This document shows, piece after piece, positions 8,509-18,100 of a DNA stretch of 63,169 nucleotides. A program made the translations under genes and the position numbers. Within the stretch, counting starts at the first letter, position 1; the number at the start of each line of letters is the position of its first letter. The notes beneath the pieces were generated by a model that did not search any database, was not told the DNA's origin, and worked only from the letters and a program-made list of their open reading frames with translations. Location: positions 1-63,169 of the IMG/VR virus record IMGVR_UViG_3300043468_000449, one strand, 5' to 3'. The DNA comes from a virus (lineage: Duplodnaviria; Caudoviricetes).

Positions 8509-8516
8509 TGTTGTGA

Positions 8517-9302
8517 TCAGTTGAGGAGATACTGCTCGGTGAGGTTCCACAATTGTTTGTTAACCTTCAGGTCTGCGGCTGGAGCAGTCAGTTTGCGGAT
8601 GCCAGAACCGGAGCGTCCTTTAGTCAGGTTCTCCTGAACACGATTGAATGTTTGCCAGAGGTTCGTGCCGCCGTCTGCGTAGCGACGAGCGCGATTCAAG
8701 TAGAACAGGCGAGTGTCCCATTCCCGGCGATCTGCGAAGTCAGCATCGACCTCTGGTTGATCGTATCGGAGCGACAATGCATCGACCAAATACTGTTTTT
8801 GCGCGGCAGGCGTGAGTTCCTTCTGCTTGAAGAGGCTCACACGCTCGACCAGTTGAGGAACATTAGAACGAAGGTCATTCGCCGCCGCAATAAAGTCACC
8901 CACCGAGGTATTGCGATGATATACTTTCAGAGTCTGGAAAATGTCACCCGTGACCAATCCGTTTAGGCAGGCAAACACTCGCAGACCGAGCGAGAGTTGC
9001 GCCGAGGAGGTTCCATCATGCGAGTTGATCAAAACGAATTCTGGAGCAACTTCGCCGCCGAGATTGGTCAGGTCGGTGTGCTGGAATTTGATGATGTGCT
9101 TCTGGAATCCCTTGTTCTCATCCTTGCGGACTTTGCCATACTGGATTTGACGAGGAGTGTAGCCAGACTCTCCGAGAGCATTGACGATCTCTTGAGTGCT
9201 GATGAATCCGTAGCGGGTGCTACGGGTTGGCGCGGCATGGACTGCCGTGATGGGGTTCGTGTTGACGAGTTCAGTTTCGAGTGTTGGGACGATGATATTC
9301 AT
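8517..9302 (-). CDS. DUF932 family protein (start reassigned to 9302)
   Basis: RSTRYGFISTQEIV..L...G, KH, LINSHDGTSS..L..G..VFACLNGLV and LWQTFNRVQENL motifs. Confidence 0.85.
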   Translation of the reverse strand: MNIIVPTLETELVNTNPITAVHAAPTRSTRYGFISTQEIVNALGESGYTPRQIQYGKVRKDENKGFQKHIIKFQHTDLTNLGGEVAPEFVLINSHDGTSSAQLSLGLRVFACLNGLVTGDIFQTLKVYHRNTSVGDFIAAANDLRSNVPQLVERVSLFKQKELTPAAQKQYLVDALSLRYDQPEVDADFADRREWDTRLFYLNRARRYADGGTNLWQTFNRVQENLTKGRSGSGIRKLTAPAADLKVNKQLWNLTEQYLLN

Positions 9303-9358
9303 TGTATTGGTTTTTCTGTTGGTGGTTGTGTTCTGGGAGGAACAGAGATCAAGGAGGG

Positions 9359-9517
9359 TTAGTTTCCGTTGCGAAGCGGGATGATTTTGCGAAGTGCTTT
9401 TAAATATTCTTCCTCTGGTTGAGACTGGTTCCTCGCATCCCTTAATAAGTTGATGACTGTGCGAATTACTCTGCGTCCTTGAATAATGTCCGATTTGGTG
9501 GTGGTGGTTGTTTTCAC
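9359..9517 (-). CDS. Small early hypothetical protein (GTG start)
   Basis: 52-aa ORF with the same A-rich leader as the DUF932 gene. Confidence 0.55.
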   Translation of the reverse strand: MKTTTTTKSDIIQGRRVIRTVINLLRDARNQSQPEEEYLKALRKIIPLRNGN

Positions 9518-9580
9518 TATATTGGTTTTTCTGTTGGTTTTTGTTTTTGGTTCGTCGGCGGGTTGCCTTCGATGGAGATG

Positions 9581-9608
9581 ACAATATCGAACCTGCTTGG
9601 GTTTGCAA
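9581..9608 (-). promoter_or_regulatory. Early promoter with an operator copy
   Basis: TTGCAA-ACCCAAGCAGGTTCGA-TATTGT with an AT-rich UP-like tract. Confidence 0.6.
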
Positions 9609-9657
9609 TAATTATTTTTAAAGATATTTTTGTCATACTTCAAAAATCTATTGACAC

Positions 9658-9689
9658 CCGCAGATGCCGATAGAATCAGGCTTCGCAGG
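9658..9689 (+). repeat. 32-bp dispersed motif, copy A
   Basis: CCGCAGATGCCGATAGAATCAGGCTTCGCAGG; 23/32 identical to 11885-11916 without gaps. Confidence 0.55.
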
Positions 9690-9840
9690 CTACCGCAGTC
9701 TTGCGAGGTCTTCCGCCTTTGAGTCCATTGATTGCCGCCGCTAATCTTTTTTTGTCAGTCGATGCGCTACCTCCACGCTTTCCGATCTCACTCAAGAAGC
9801 GTCGAACAGAGGATGGCAGAGTGTCGTTTTTACTTTTCAT
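9676..9840 (-). CDS. Small basic DNA-binding protein (KGG / AT-hook-like)
   Basis: FLSEIGKRGGSASTDKK..AA..NGLKGGRPRK. Confidence 0.7.
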   Translation of the reverse strand: MKSKNDTLPSSVRRFLSEIGKRGGSASTDKKRLAAAINGLKGGRPRKTAVACEA

Positions 9841-9973
9841 TTTGCTTTGATTTTTTGTGTGCCGTCCAGTCGATGGCGTCGAAGTTTTCCTGATACTTTT
9901 TGGACTGCGTGTCGGTTCTTGGTTTGTCACCCTTGCCGTTGCGAGTCCATTCGGAATCCTTAACTTTGTTCAT
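9830..9973 (-). CDS. Small hypothetical protein (GKGDKPR motif)
   Basis: MNKVKDSEWTRNGKGDKPR....YQENFDAIDW; overlaps both neighbours. Confidence 0.55.
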   Translation of the reverse strand: MNKVKDSEWTRNGKGDKPRTDTQSKKYQENFDAIDWTAHKKSKQNEK

Positions 9974-10208
9974 CGCTTTTTGCATCGCCAGATTTTGCGA
10001 GATCACGAATGTGAAGTTGCTCCAGCAATGCCGAGGCAACCATCAGGCGGAAGCTGAAAAGTTTCGAGTTGTGCATCAAATCGTGAAACACATCGTCCTT
10101 GGTGATCTTGTCGAAATCGATCTTGGCAAGCACCGCATCGATGCTGTTGGCAATCTCTTCTTCCGGGGTTCCCGGCGTTTCGTTGTCAATGTTATTTTCT
10201 TTATTCAT
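9960..10208 (-). CDS. Hypothetical protein
   Basis: 82-aa ORF with an ATGA overlap. Confidence 0.6.
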   Translation of the reverse strand: MNKENNIDNETPGTPEEEIANSIDAVLAKIDFDKITKDDVFHDLMHNSKLFSFRLMVASALLEQLHIRDLAKSGDAKSDEQS

Positions 10209-10429
10209 ATATTTTCGTTTTGTCGTTTCTCCAGCATCGCATCTGCATCCCTGAAGGACAGGTCAGCAACTAAACGCGAATCGGCTTGGGAAAATTTATC
10301 ACTCGCTCGATACCCCTGCAAGGCAGAACCTGCGAACCAGTCGCGCATAGACATACCCGAATTGCTTTTGATCAGAGGATTCGTTCCTCCAGTAAAAGGA
10401 AAAGCAGGGTGGTTGACAGGTCGCGCCAT
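10205..10429 (-). CDS. Conserved small phage protein (PAFP..GMS.RDWFA..ADAML family)
   Basis: HPAFP...GMSMRDWFAGSALQG...ADAML motif. Confidence 0.75.
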   Translation of the reverse strand: MARPVNHPAFPFTGGTNPLIKSNSGMSMRDWFAGSALQGYRASDKFSQADSRLVADLSFRDADAMLEKRQNENI

Positions 10430-10435
10430 CGCGCA

Positions 10436-10463
10436 AAAATGCCGTATGGCGCAACCTTGTCAA
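10436..10463 (-). promoter_or_regulatory. Candidate promoter for a leaderless transcript
   Basis: TTGACA, 16-bp spacer, CATTTT; ATG 6 nt downstream. Confidence 0.4.
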
Positions 10464-10464
10464 A

Positions 10465-11058
10465 TCAGAGAGGCTTTAAATCGACCTCGGTGACTATCGG
10501 TGATTTCGAGTAAGAATCGACCTCTATAGGCTTGCCTGCGAGAATCCACTTCTCGTACGCGTCGAGCGAATAGTCGCTCAATTCCTTCGCCAAAAGGCGA
10601 GATGCCTCTTCTTTGTCGTTAGGCGCGACAACTGATACTGTCCAGCCTCCTGTAGCATTAATCGCCCCCCAGCGGACATGGTCAACTGGAGCGACATCGT
10701 CTATTCCGACAACTTCAGATACTCGACCATCGTATATTCCCCGTTTGATTTTTTTAGCCTCCAAGGCGGCAATTACCTCTTCAGGACTGCCGGGTCCATT
10801 AGACTTACCACAGATCGATTTCAGGAAGGATGATGCCCTCTTGATAGCGGACAGGGATTTTGATTCGATGTTGATGTTGTTGCCATACCATTCGCCTGAT
10901 CCCTTGTGGGACTGCCATTGAAGGCTGAATTCGGTATTACTGCGTCCGAATTGATCGTGACGCCAATACGATTCGATAAGCTCAATGTGGATGTGTGCGT
11001 ATTCGCCGCGATTTTCGCGGGAGAGTCTGTAGTAGGTTTTGGATGTTTTATTTTTCAT
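10465..11058 (-). CDS. Early hypothetical protein
   Basis: 197-aa ORF preceded by a repeated leader. Confidence 0.7.
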   Translation of the reverse strand: MKNKTSKTYYRLSRENRGEYAHIHIELIESYWRHDQFGRSNTEFSLQWQSHKGSGEWYGNNINIESKSLSAIKRASSFLKSICGKSNGPGSPEEVIAALEAKKIKRGIYDGRVSEVVGIDDVAPVDHVRWGAINATGGWTVSVVAPNDKEEASRLLAKELSDYSLDAYEKWILAGKPIEVDSYSKSPIVTEVDLKPL

Positions 11059-11083
11059 GGTATTTATTTATTGATGGTTGAGG

Positions 11084-11254
11084 TTAGTTACAGCACCCAC
11101 AGCAAGGAGCGTCCTCGCAACGGGAGAATTGTTTCTTGTAGTTTTCGACATCTTGCTCGGTCAGGGTTTTCACCCATGCCGCAAAGCGGATTCTGTCTTG
11201 GTTAGCGTTCACCCACTCGGTGAACAGTTCGTTGATGGTATCTTGGTTGTTCAT
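11084..11254 (-). CDS. Small Cys-rich protein ending RCEDAPCCGCCN (not in the ORF track)
   Basis: Translated by hand, 56 aa: MNNQDTINELF...FSRCEDAPCCGCCN. Confidence 0.7.
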   Translation of the reverse strand: MNNQDTINELFTEWVNANQDRIRFAAWVKTLTEQDVENYKKQFSRCEDAPCCGCCN

Positions 11255-11286
11255 GGATTTATTTATGGTTGAGGTTGCGTCTGGGG

Positions 11287-11550
11287 TTACTTCTCCTGCG
11301 ATTGCAAAGAGAGAAGATGTTGGAGCAGGTATTCCTCGATTTGTGCGAGTGCCTGTCGTTGTTCGTTGCGGTGATCTCGCGCATTTGTGAAGGCATCTGC
11401 ATCCTGCACATAATAGTCGCGAGCATTAAACTCGATCTTTCCAATTGCCTCCTGCGCGGCTCGGACAGCATCGTAAGCCGCCTCGTAGCCTGCCCACAGG
11501 TCTTTGGCAGAGGTTCCGTTCAGGTGGACTGTTGGTGCGGTGATGGTCAT
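11287..11550 (-). CDS. Early hypothetical protein
   Basis: 87-aa ORF with PTVHLNGTS..L and FNARDYY segments. Confidence 0.7.
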   Translation of the reverse strand: MTITAPTVHLNGTSAKDLWAGYEAAYDAVRAAQEAIGKIEFNARDYYVQDADAFTNARDHRNEQRQALAQIEEYLLQHLLSLQSQEK

Positions 11551-11551
11551 A

Positions 11552-11776
11552 TTAAAAGGTAAAAGCTAAAGTTTGTTCTTGGCGGCGAAGAATTGCTCCT
11601 TCGATTTTGCTGTTGGTTTTTGTCGCATTATCGGCGGCAGTTGTATCAATTGATTTTGGTTCGATGACTGGTGCGATAGCTATCCAATCAATGATGTTGG
11701 CTAGGCGTAAAGCCTCTGGCGTGTTGTTGCTTTCGAGTGCTACCAAGAAAGCGGAGTGAAGTTCTGTGTTGCTCAT
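11552..11776 (-). CDS. First early gene, hypothetical (start reassigned to 11776)
   Basis: MSNTELHSAF...; the ATG lies 10 nt downstream of the promoter -10 box. Confidence 0.6.
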   Translation of the reverse strand: MSNTELHSAFLVALESNNTPEALRLANIIDWIAIAPVIEPKSIDTTAADNATKTNSKIEGAILRRQEQTLAFTF

Positions 11777-11786
11777 AACGCCAATC

Positions 11787-11814
11787 ACAATACCAAACCT
11801 GCTTGGGTTATCAA
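11787..11814 (-). promoter_or_regulatory. Early promoter with an operator copy
   Basis: TTGATA-ACCCAAGCAGGTTTGG-TATTGT, with extended -10 TG and an AT-rich upstream tract. Confidence 0.65.
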
Positions 11815-11884
11815 GAAATATTTTTATCCGTTGTGTCATAGTAAAAACATTTTTGCTTGACGCTTGACAGAAAACCCAATCAGT

Positions 11885-11916
11885 CCGCAGACCCGCATAA
11901 ACACTAGCTTCGCAGG
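11885..11916 (+). repeat. 32-bp dispersed motif, copy B
   Basis: CCGCAGACCCGCATAAACACTAGCTTCGCAGG. Confidence 0.6.
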
Positions 11917-11918
11917 GG

Positions 11919-11989
11919 TTGCAGGAGAGGGAATCGAACCCTCAACTGTAGGTTATGGGCCTACCGAGATACCTTTTCTCTATCCTGCG
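11919..11989 (-). tRNA. tRNA-Met(CAT), initiator-like
   Basis: Full cloverleaf: acceptor CGCAGGA/TCCTGCA with C1-A72 mismatch, D stem GAGA/TCTC, anticodon arm GTAGG-CCCATAA-CCTAC, T arm GAGGG-TTCGATT-CCCTC; no encoded CCA. Confidence 0.9.
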
Positions 11990-11991
11990 AT

Positions 11992-12150
11992 TTAATTTTT
12001 CTTACGAGTCGCCGCCGCTTTTTTCGCCTTTGCCTTGCGTTGCACAGAGTAGGCAATTGCGGCGGCTTGCGCTGGCTTTTTACCTGCACGAATTTCAGTC
12101 GCAATGTTTCGGTCAAAACAATTTTGCGAAGCGCACTTTCGGAGAGGCAT
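11992..12150 (-). CDS. Small basic phage protein (MPL.K..S...NI..E...GK...QA.AIAYS family; not in the ORF track)
   Basis: Translated by hand, 52 aa: [39 protein letters not shown]... Confidence 0.7.
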   Translation of the reverse strand: MPLRKCASQNCFDRNIATEIRAGKKPAQAAAIAYSVQRKAKAKKAAATRKKN

Positions 12151-12154
12151 AGTT

Positions 12155-15100
12155 TTACTCTATCGGAGATTTCATTCCTGTCAAAGGCGCGGCTGAACCA
12201 ACTGCCGGGGGTTTTAAATCAGATAATAGTTTTTCCGCTTTCGCTAAAGCCACCGCAAGTTTTTGTTTGGTTTTTTCATTCGTAGGATCGACCTCTGATA
12301 ATTCTCGTTTTGTTTTATCGACCTTCAATTCTGCTTTTTCAATTTTCTCCGCTTCTTTCTTGGCATCTTCTTTTTCTTTTTTTCGAGCGGCAACAAGTTG
12401 AGCATACTCTTCTGGAGTTTTTGGTTTTTGAACACCTGTCAAGCCCACCTCTGTGTCATAAGGAAGCAACCTGATTAATTCTTTTTTCTTTGTGCCGTCA
12501 TCTTGATCGATTGTGCGTTCTAACTGGAAAAGCGTTCCGTAATCCAACATCTCTTCGACATTCTCTGCGGCATCTGCGTAGTCAGCAGGTTCAGCACCCG
12601 AAACCTGCGCTCCGTACAATCCAAACAACTCTTTTTCATTGTACCAGAGTGCCGCTTGCATATCGGCAATAGTGATGTCAATTCCTTTTCTGCGGAGTTT
12701 TTTTTGCGCCAGTTCCATTGTCGATTGTTGGAAGTCACGCTCAAGATCGGTGCGAGGCGCGGCAACAGGATCGGCTCGATTTTCTACCCAGTTTTTTGCC
12801 GCCCTACGCAAATCGCTTTTTTGCTTGTATTGTCCGCTACGGAATCGTTTTTCCAATGTAGTAGCCAAATCCAGCATTGCTTGAGGATCATTGAATAGTT
12901 CTTGAATTTCTTCATTGGTTTTTCCAGTCAATTCTGCCTCATCGTAATACTCTACATATTCATAAACCTTTTTTCCGTCTTTCTCTTTTACCTTTTTTAG
13001 TAATGGCTCAAACTTTTCTCCTGCGGCTTTTGCGACATCACTTCGATACTGTTCAATTAGTGCTTTTTGAAAAGCGACATATTGATTTGCCTCTTTAAGT
13101 GGGGCGTGTTGAAAAACATTCCCAAGGATACGATTCCAAGTGCGAGTGTACCACAAGTCAGCAGTCAGCGTAGAATAGTCGCCATGTAGGTTATTGATGA
13201 ACGATCCAATCTTCGGGCCAAACACGCTAAACCCTGTTACCATCTGCTCCGCTTGACCATCAACAGTCAAAGGCTCTCCTTTAAACCATAAATTTTTATT
13301 TTGTTTTAAATATGCATTCCATTCAGAAACTGACATTTTTTTCCTGAATAATTTGTCCAGTTTTTTAATGTCGTTATTCTGTAAAAGTTCATGCAATTTT
13401 AAGAAATTATTTTCAACAGCACGGGTTTCACCGCCGAATGTGCCATACAATTCGCCAACATCTTTTTTAACAAGTTCAGGAAGAGTTTTGCCACCTTCCA
13501 ACAAGAATTGTACCCTCGCCGCCATTTTCCCATTCTCGAAAACATTGTTTCCTTGAGAAGTAATTCCTAGCACCGCATCAAAAATAAACTCTTTATTGGC
13601 ATCATAGTTTTTTGATTTTCGGTCAAGGAACGGGAAGAATTTCGCGTACCTTTCCTTCATTAGTTTTAATGCGGTATCGTACCAACCAATGGCATTCGGT
13701 GCATTTGGGTCTTGCTTCGCTCGCTCAATGTGACCCAAAACCTCGTCTACAATTGTTTCAGAGATGATTTGTCCTGCCCGTGGACTGTAATCTCCCGGCT
13801 CGATAAACCCATCGTCAGCACTACGCTTTTGTAGTGCATACAACAAATCGTCAACTTTTGTTTTTAATTTGCCCTCTTTTGTATAAAAGGAATCTGGAAC
13901 AACGAACTTTTCTGTTCCTTCCAGAATAGGTGTAACTGACCTGCTTAACCCTGTTGCAGGGTACAACTGCTCTCGGATGTAATCTGCAACTTCCTGCCCT
14001 AATCCGTATCGTTCTGCGAATCTGTTCGGGTCGAAAGTGAACCCTTGTCCTGCGAGGACTTTTGCGTAGGGGACAAGAATTGTATCGATGCCCCTTCGGA
14101 GTAATATGGTGAGTCCTCCGGGAGCGGAGTCCCCCCCAACGCCTCGCACTCCTTCCTCCATTCCTCCCTGCTGATTTTGTATATCTGTTTCATTTGTTTG
14201 TTTTCCTGTTAACCAATCTGGAACCCTGACACTCCCATCTTCTGCTGTAAAGTCTGAAGTTGTGTCATAATAAAACGAATCGACAAGAGTATCGTGGAAA
14301 TTTTTAATATTCGCCGCTTTTTGAATTTCAATGAGTTTTTTCCCGAATTCTTTGATCCCATCAAAATTCGCGGCTTTGATGCCTTTGCCATCGACTGTCA
14401 ATGACAACCCATCGATGCCCACTTCTTCCGCTTTTACGAATGCATTTTTGATTTGCTCTTCGGTAAGTTTTTTGTCGTGGACAAGGTAAACAGCAGGCGC
14501 ACCATCGGTGAGTCCTATGCTGGGTTTCCATGCGATCCCGGCATCTTGAGTCATTAAAAATGACAACCATTTGGTCACAGTCTGCGCCTGATCCCAAGTC
14601 ATCCCCGGAGCATTAAACACGAAGCTAGGCTCAACCTCAAATTTCCATGTTCCCAGAATATTGTCGAAATTGATTCCCTGCAACCCAGCCGCATCAACTA
14701 TAAAATCCTTAAATTTTTTAGATTTAAAAATTGTGGTTAATGTCGATTGAAGATCAGGAACCAAAACTCTCCGATCCACCGGGAATTTGAATGGAGGAGG
14801 AGTCATGCCCAGCTTGGCATCATTAATTGCCTTAATAGAACGATCCACCTCGACCATGCGAATTGCATCCCGCAAAGTAAATTCTTTGTCAGGAAGTTCC
14901 TCAAAACCTTCCAAGAGTTTTTTATTCTGTTCGTATATTTCAACATCTCTTTCTTTGAAGGGTTGCTGTTTTGGATCGACATCTTGAATTGCCCACCATG
15001 CTTTGCCGATTGCGGTCAAGGCATCTTTCTTTGCATTTAAATTATCAAGATTTGGATTTAAATAAGACAACAATCTTTCTTTGCGTTGTTCCGCGCTTTC

Positions 15101-18100
15101 CAGCTTCGGCTGAAGTTCAGCTATAGAAGTAAAGTCAAATCCATATCTTCCCGGTTTGCCGCCAATCACAACAGAAAAATCCCCAGCATCTTTCTGCATG
15201 GTTCTTTCAACAGATTTTGGCAAAAATTGAATTGCAGGTGGCATGAATTGAGCAATCGGACCAACAGGCTTATCGTCCTTCTCAAGAATTTTGATTAACT
15301 TGTCATCGAAGACCACATAGTTGCTCGTTCCCTCTCCCGCGCCCCGGCTCAAAGCATCCCAATACCGAATGCCGGGAACCCCTTGCTCCAGCAGAAATTT
15401 AGATGCTTTCGGAGCATCTTCGGCGGGTCTTCCACCAAATGCATTTGTTATGTATACATAAGCCGATTTCCCTGTTATCGATAACGGGTCTGGCATTGGT
15501 TTTTGAAGTCTCTCCAACTCGCCGGGGCGGAATGGTCTTCCACCTAATCGTGTTCCTCTTTGGATAATTGCTTCTCTTGCTTTTTGAGTTTTGTCGAATT
15601 CACTTAAAATTGTAGGAAGAACAGCATCTTGGACTTTTTTGCTTTGTTCACTCAAGGGTTTATCCCAATCCAATAAATCACCTTCTTCAACATCAATATC
15701 AACCTTATACAGGCTACCAACTTGAATTTTGGAAGGGTCTTTTAAACCTTTAACTCCAGCATTGAACCACCAATTTAAAATTTCTTCAGCATAGGCATTG
15801 TCAGTAGCCGCATCTTTTTCATCTTCAAGCATTCTGATTGCACGATCAATAGTTTTACGATCAGGCATCCCTCCACTTTTTCTTGCTTTTAAAGCGTCTG
15901 TTAAAATTCCAAACAAATCAATAATTTGTTGATTTTGAATAACATCTTCACTTGGAGATTCGACTCCATCAATTCTTATGTTTTTTGCTAATTTAGTTTG
16001 GTAGCCTTCTGATACTTGCCTTAAACCTGCAAAATATAATCCCCATCCATAAGCCTGCGCTCCCTCGCCTTCTCCTATTTTTTCAATGCTAAATCTATCA
16101 AAATCGTAAGGAGAACCATGCCATGCAGGAAGATATTGTATTCCCGGTGGTGCAACAACTGCGTTGGAGAATTCTGTTCCACTTTGAATTCGCGAGTTAA
16201 GCGAATCACGATATTGTATTAAATCGTTTGACGCCGATTCAATCTCTTTGAATTGCGAATCAGCAGGCATTTCCTGCACGGGACGCACAGGAGGCTCAAT
16301 ATCGCGCAAAGGCGGAATCATATCGCTAATCCTGCGGTATTGCGTAGGCAGTTCGATGCCTTGCAAGCCTTCTGGTTCAGTAGTTGCGCCTTCAACTTCA
16401 GCAGGCATGAATTGCAACTGCCCTGCGCGAACTACATTCTCCATCTGCGGAGTGATGTTTACTCGCCAGATTGGGGTTGTGTCTCCCTTTCGAGCAAGTT
16501 CTTGAAGTAATTCAGCATCAGTAAAATCATCTATTTTTTTATCAGGTTTTGTAGTAGCAATTTCAGACTTCTCAACCTTGCCACCCATCTTGGATACATA
16601 TTTGCCAATCTCTTTTGGAAGGATCGTGTCGTAGAATCCTTTCATGCCTTCGCCTCCGACATCAAGATCAAGACCTTCAAATTCTGCGCTTGCTAATGAT
16701 GGTTGTGGTGAGGACTTAATTTTTTCAATTGATTGAGCAGAAAGTTCCTTACCAATAAATTCGCTTAATTTTGCTTCAGGAATTTTTTCTTCATTGATTC
16801 TTGATTGACCATCTTTGTATGCACTTAATGCATATGTGTTTTCTCCATCAAGAATTACAACAATAGAGTCAACTTGTTTGCTCAATTTATAGCGTTCAGC
16901 CTGCGTTTCTCCAGTAGTCCAGCCAATCCATTGCTTGCCAGATTCAACGGCATCACGCAATGCTCGTTTGAAGAGTTGTAATGACCAATCTTTGCGGAAT
17001 GGTGCGTCTGGGATTGAGCCGGGAACCTCCCCTGAATTTGCGCTTTTAATCGCTTCTTCTTTTGTTTTTGCCCCAAACCCTACTTGAGTTTTAGAGGCAT
17101 CAAAAACCATCCATTCAGTTCCCGTCTGGCGACCTCCACGATATTCGTATACAGGGACTTCTTCGACAGTCCAACCATCTGGGAGGACATCGCCTTGCCC
17201 TTGGTATCCCTTCTCCCTCCCCGCTTGATGCCGATCAGATTGCAACTCTTCGATAAACAATCCATCGTTGCCTTCAGCATCTGTGCGCTCGTTAAGACGC
17301 ATATGCGCTACATAGTTGGGGATGTCAGGGAAATGAGATGAAGTGTATGATTGATCATCTCGCGAAGCGGCATTGTTCTCGTCTATCCGAATGAATAGTT
17401 GGTCAAGTCTTGCTTGTTGCTCTGGGGTTCTATTATCCGTTTCAAATCTCAATTTTTGATACTCATCCAGTTCGGATTTGGTCAAAAATTTTGATTCTTC
17501 GACTCTTGGCATTGCCATCACAACTTCACGATAGTTTTCACCGCCGGGGAGTTGGTATTTGCCAAATTTAGGAGGTTTAGTTAATCCTTCGCCTTGCAAA
17601 TCTAATTTCTCTGCTCGCGTATTTAAGAATTCATTCTCTCTAAAATACTTTTCAGCAGTCTTTTTGTCGCCACGCCTTTGAGCCTGTTGAGCTAACCTCA
17701 TCACTCGTTCAGCCTCATCGTAAAGCGTATCAGTAGTGCTTTGATCTCTGATGTTCATCAAGCGAATCAACTCATCATACTTCTCTTCGCCAAATGATGG
17801 ATCATCAACGGGATGATCTTTTAGATTTTTATATTCTGCCTCAAGTTCAGCAAGACGATTTGCATCAAATGGTTCTTTGCCGCCAAGTGTTACCTCTTCA
17901 AATTTAACTTGTCCCTCGTCGCGCAGATAATTAAGCAATTCTTGCACGGGAACCTTGCCGTTATTTTCACTTGCAAGTCGGTCGATTGCGTCATTGACTC
18001 CAGACCACTTAACTTCTTCCGCTTTGACATTTTGCGGGTTGTTAATAACTGCCTTCAACTGCTCTGGCGTTGCCATTGCACCACGGAACTTGCTTTGAAT

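Noticed and set aside
9303-9608. N-terminal extension of DUF932 in the 363-aa ORF call
   Set aside because: The extension runs through a promoter and another small gene; the Met at 9302 has a matching leader.
9651-9676. Plus-strand promoter TTGACA...TAGAAT
   Set aside because: The spacer is only 14 bp; kept only as part of the repeated module.
11919-11945. tRNA 3' end as an attP site
   Set aside because: No integrase was recognised, and the tRNA is a full-length gene rather than a fragment.
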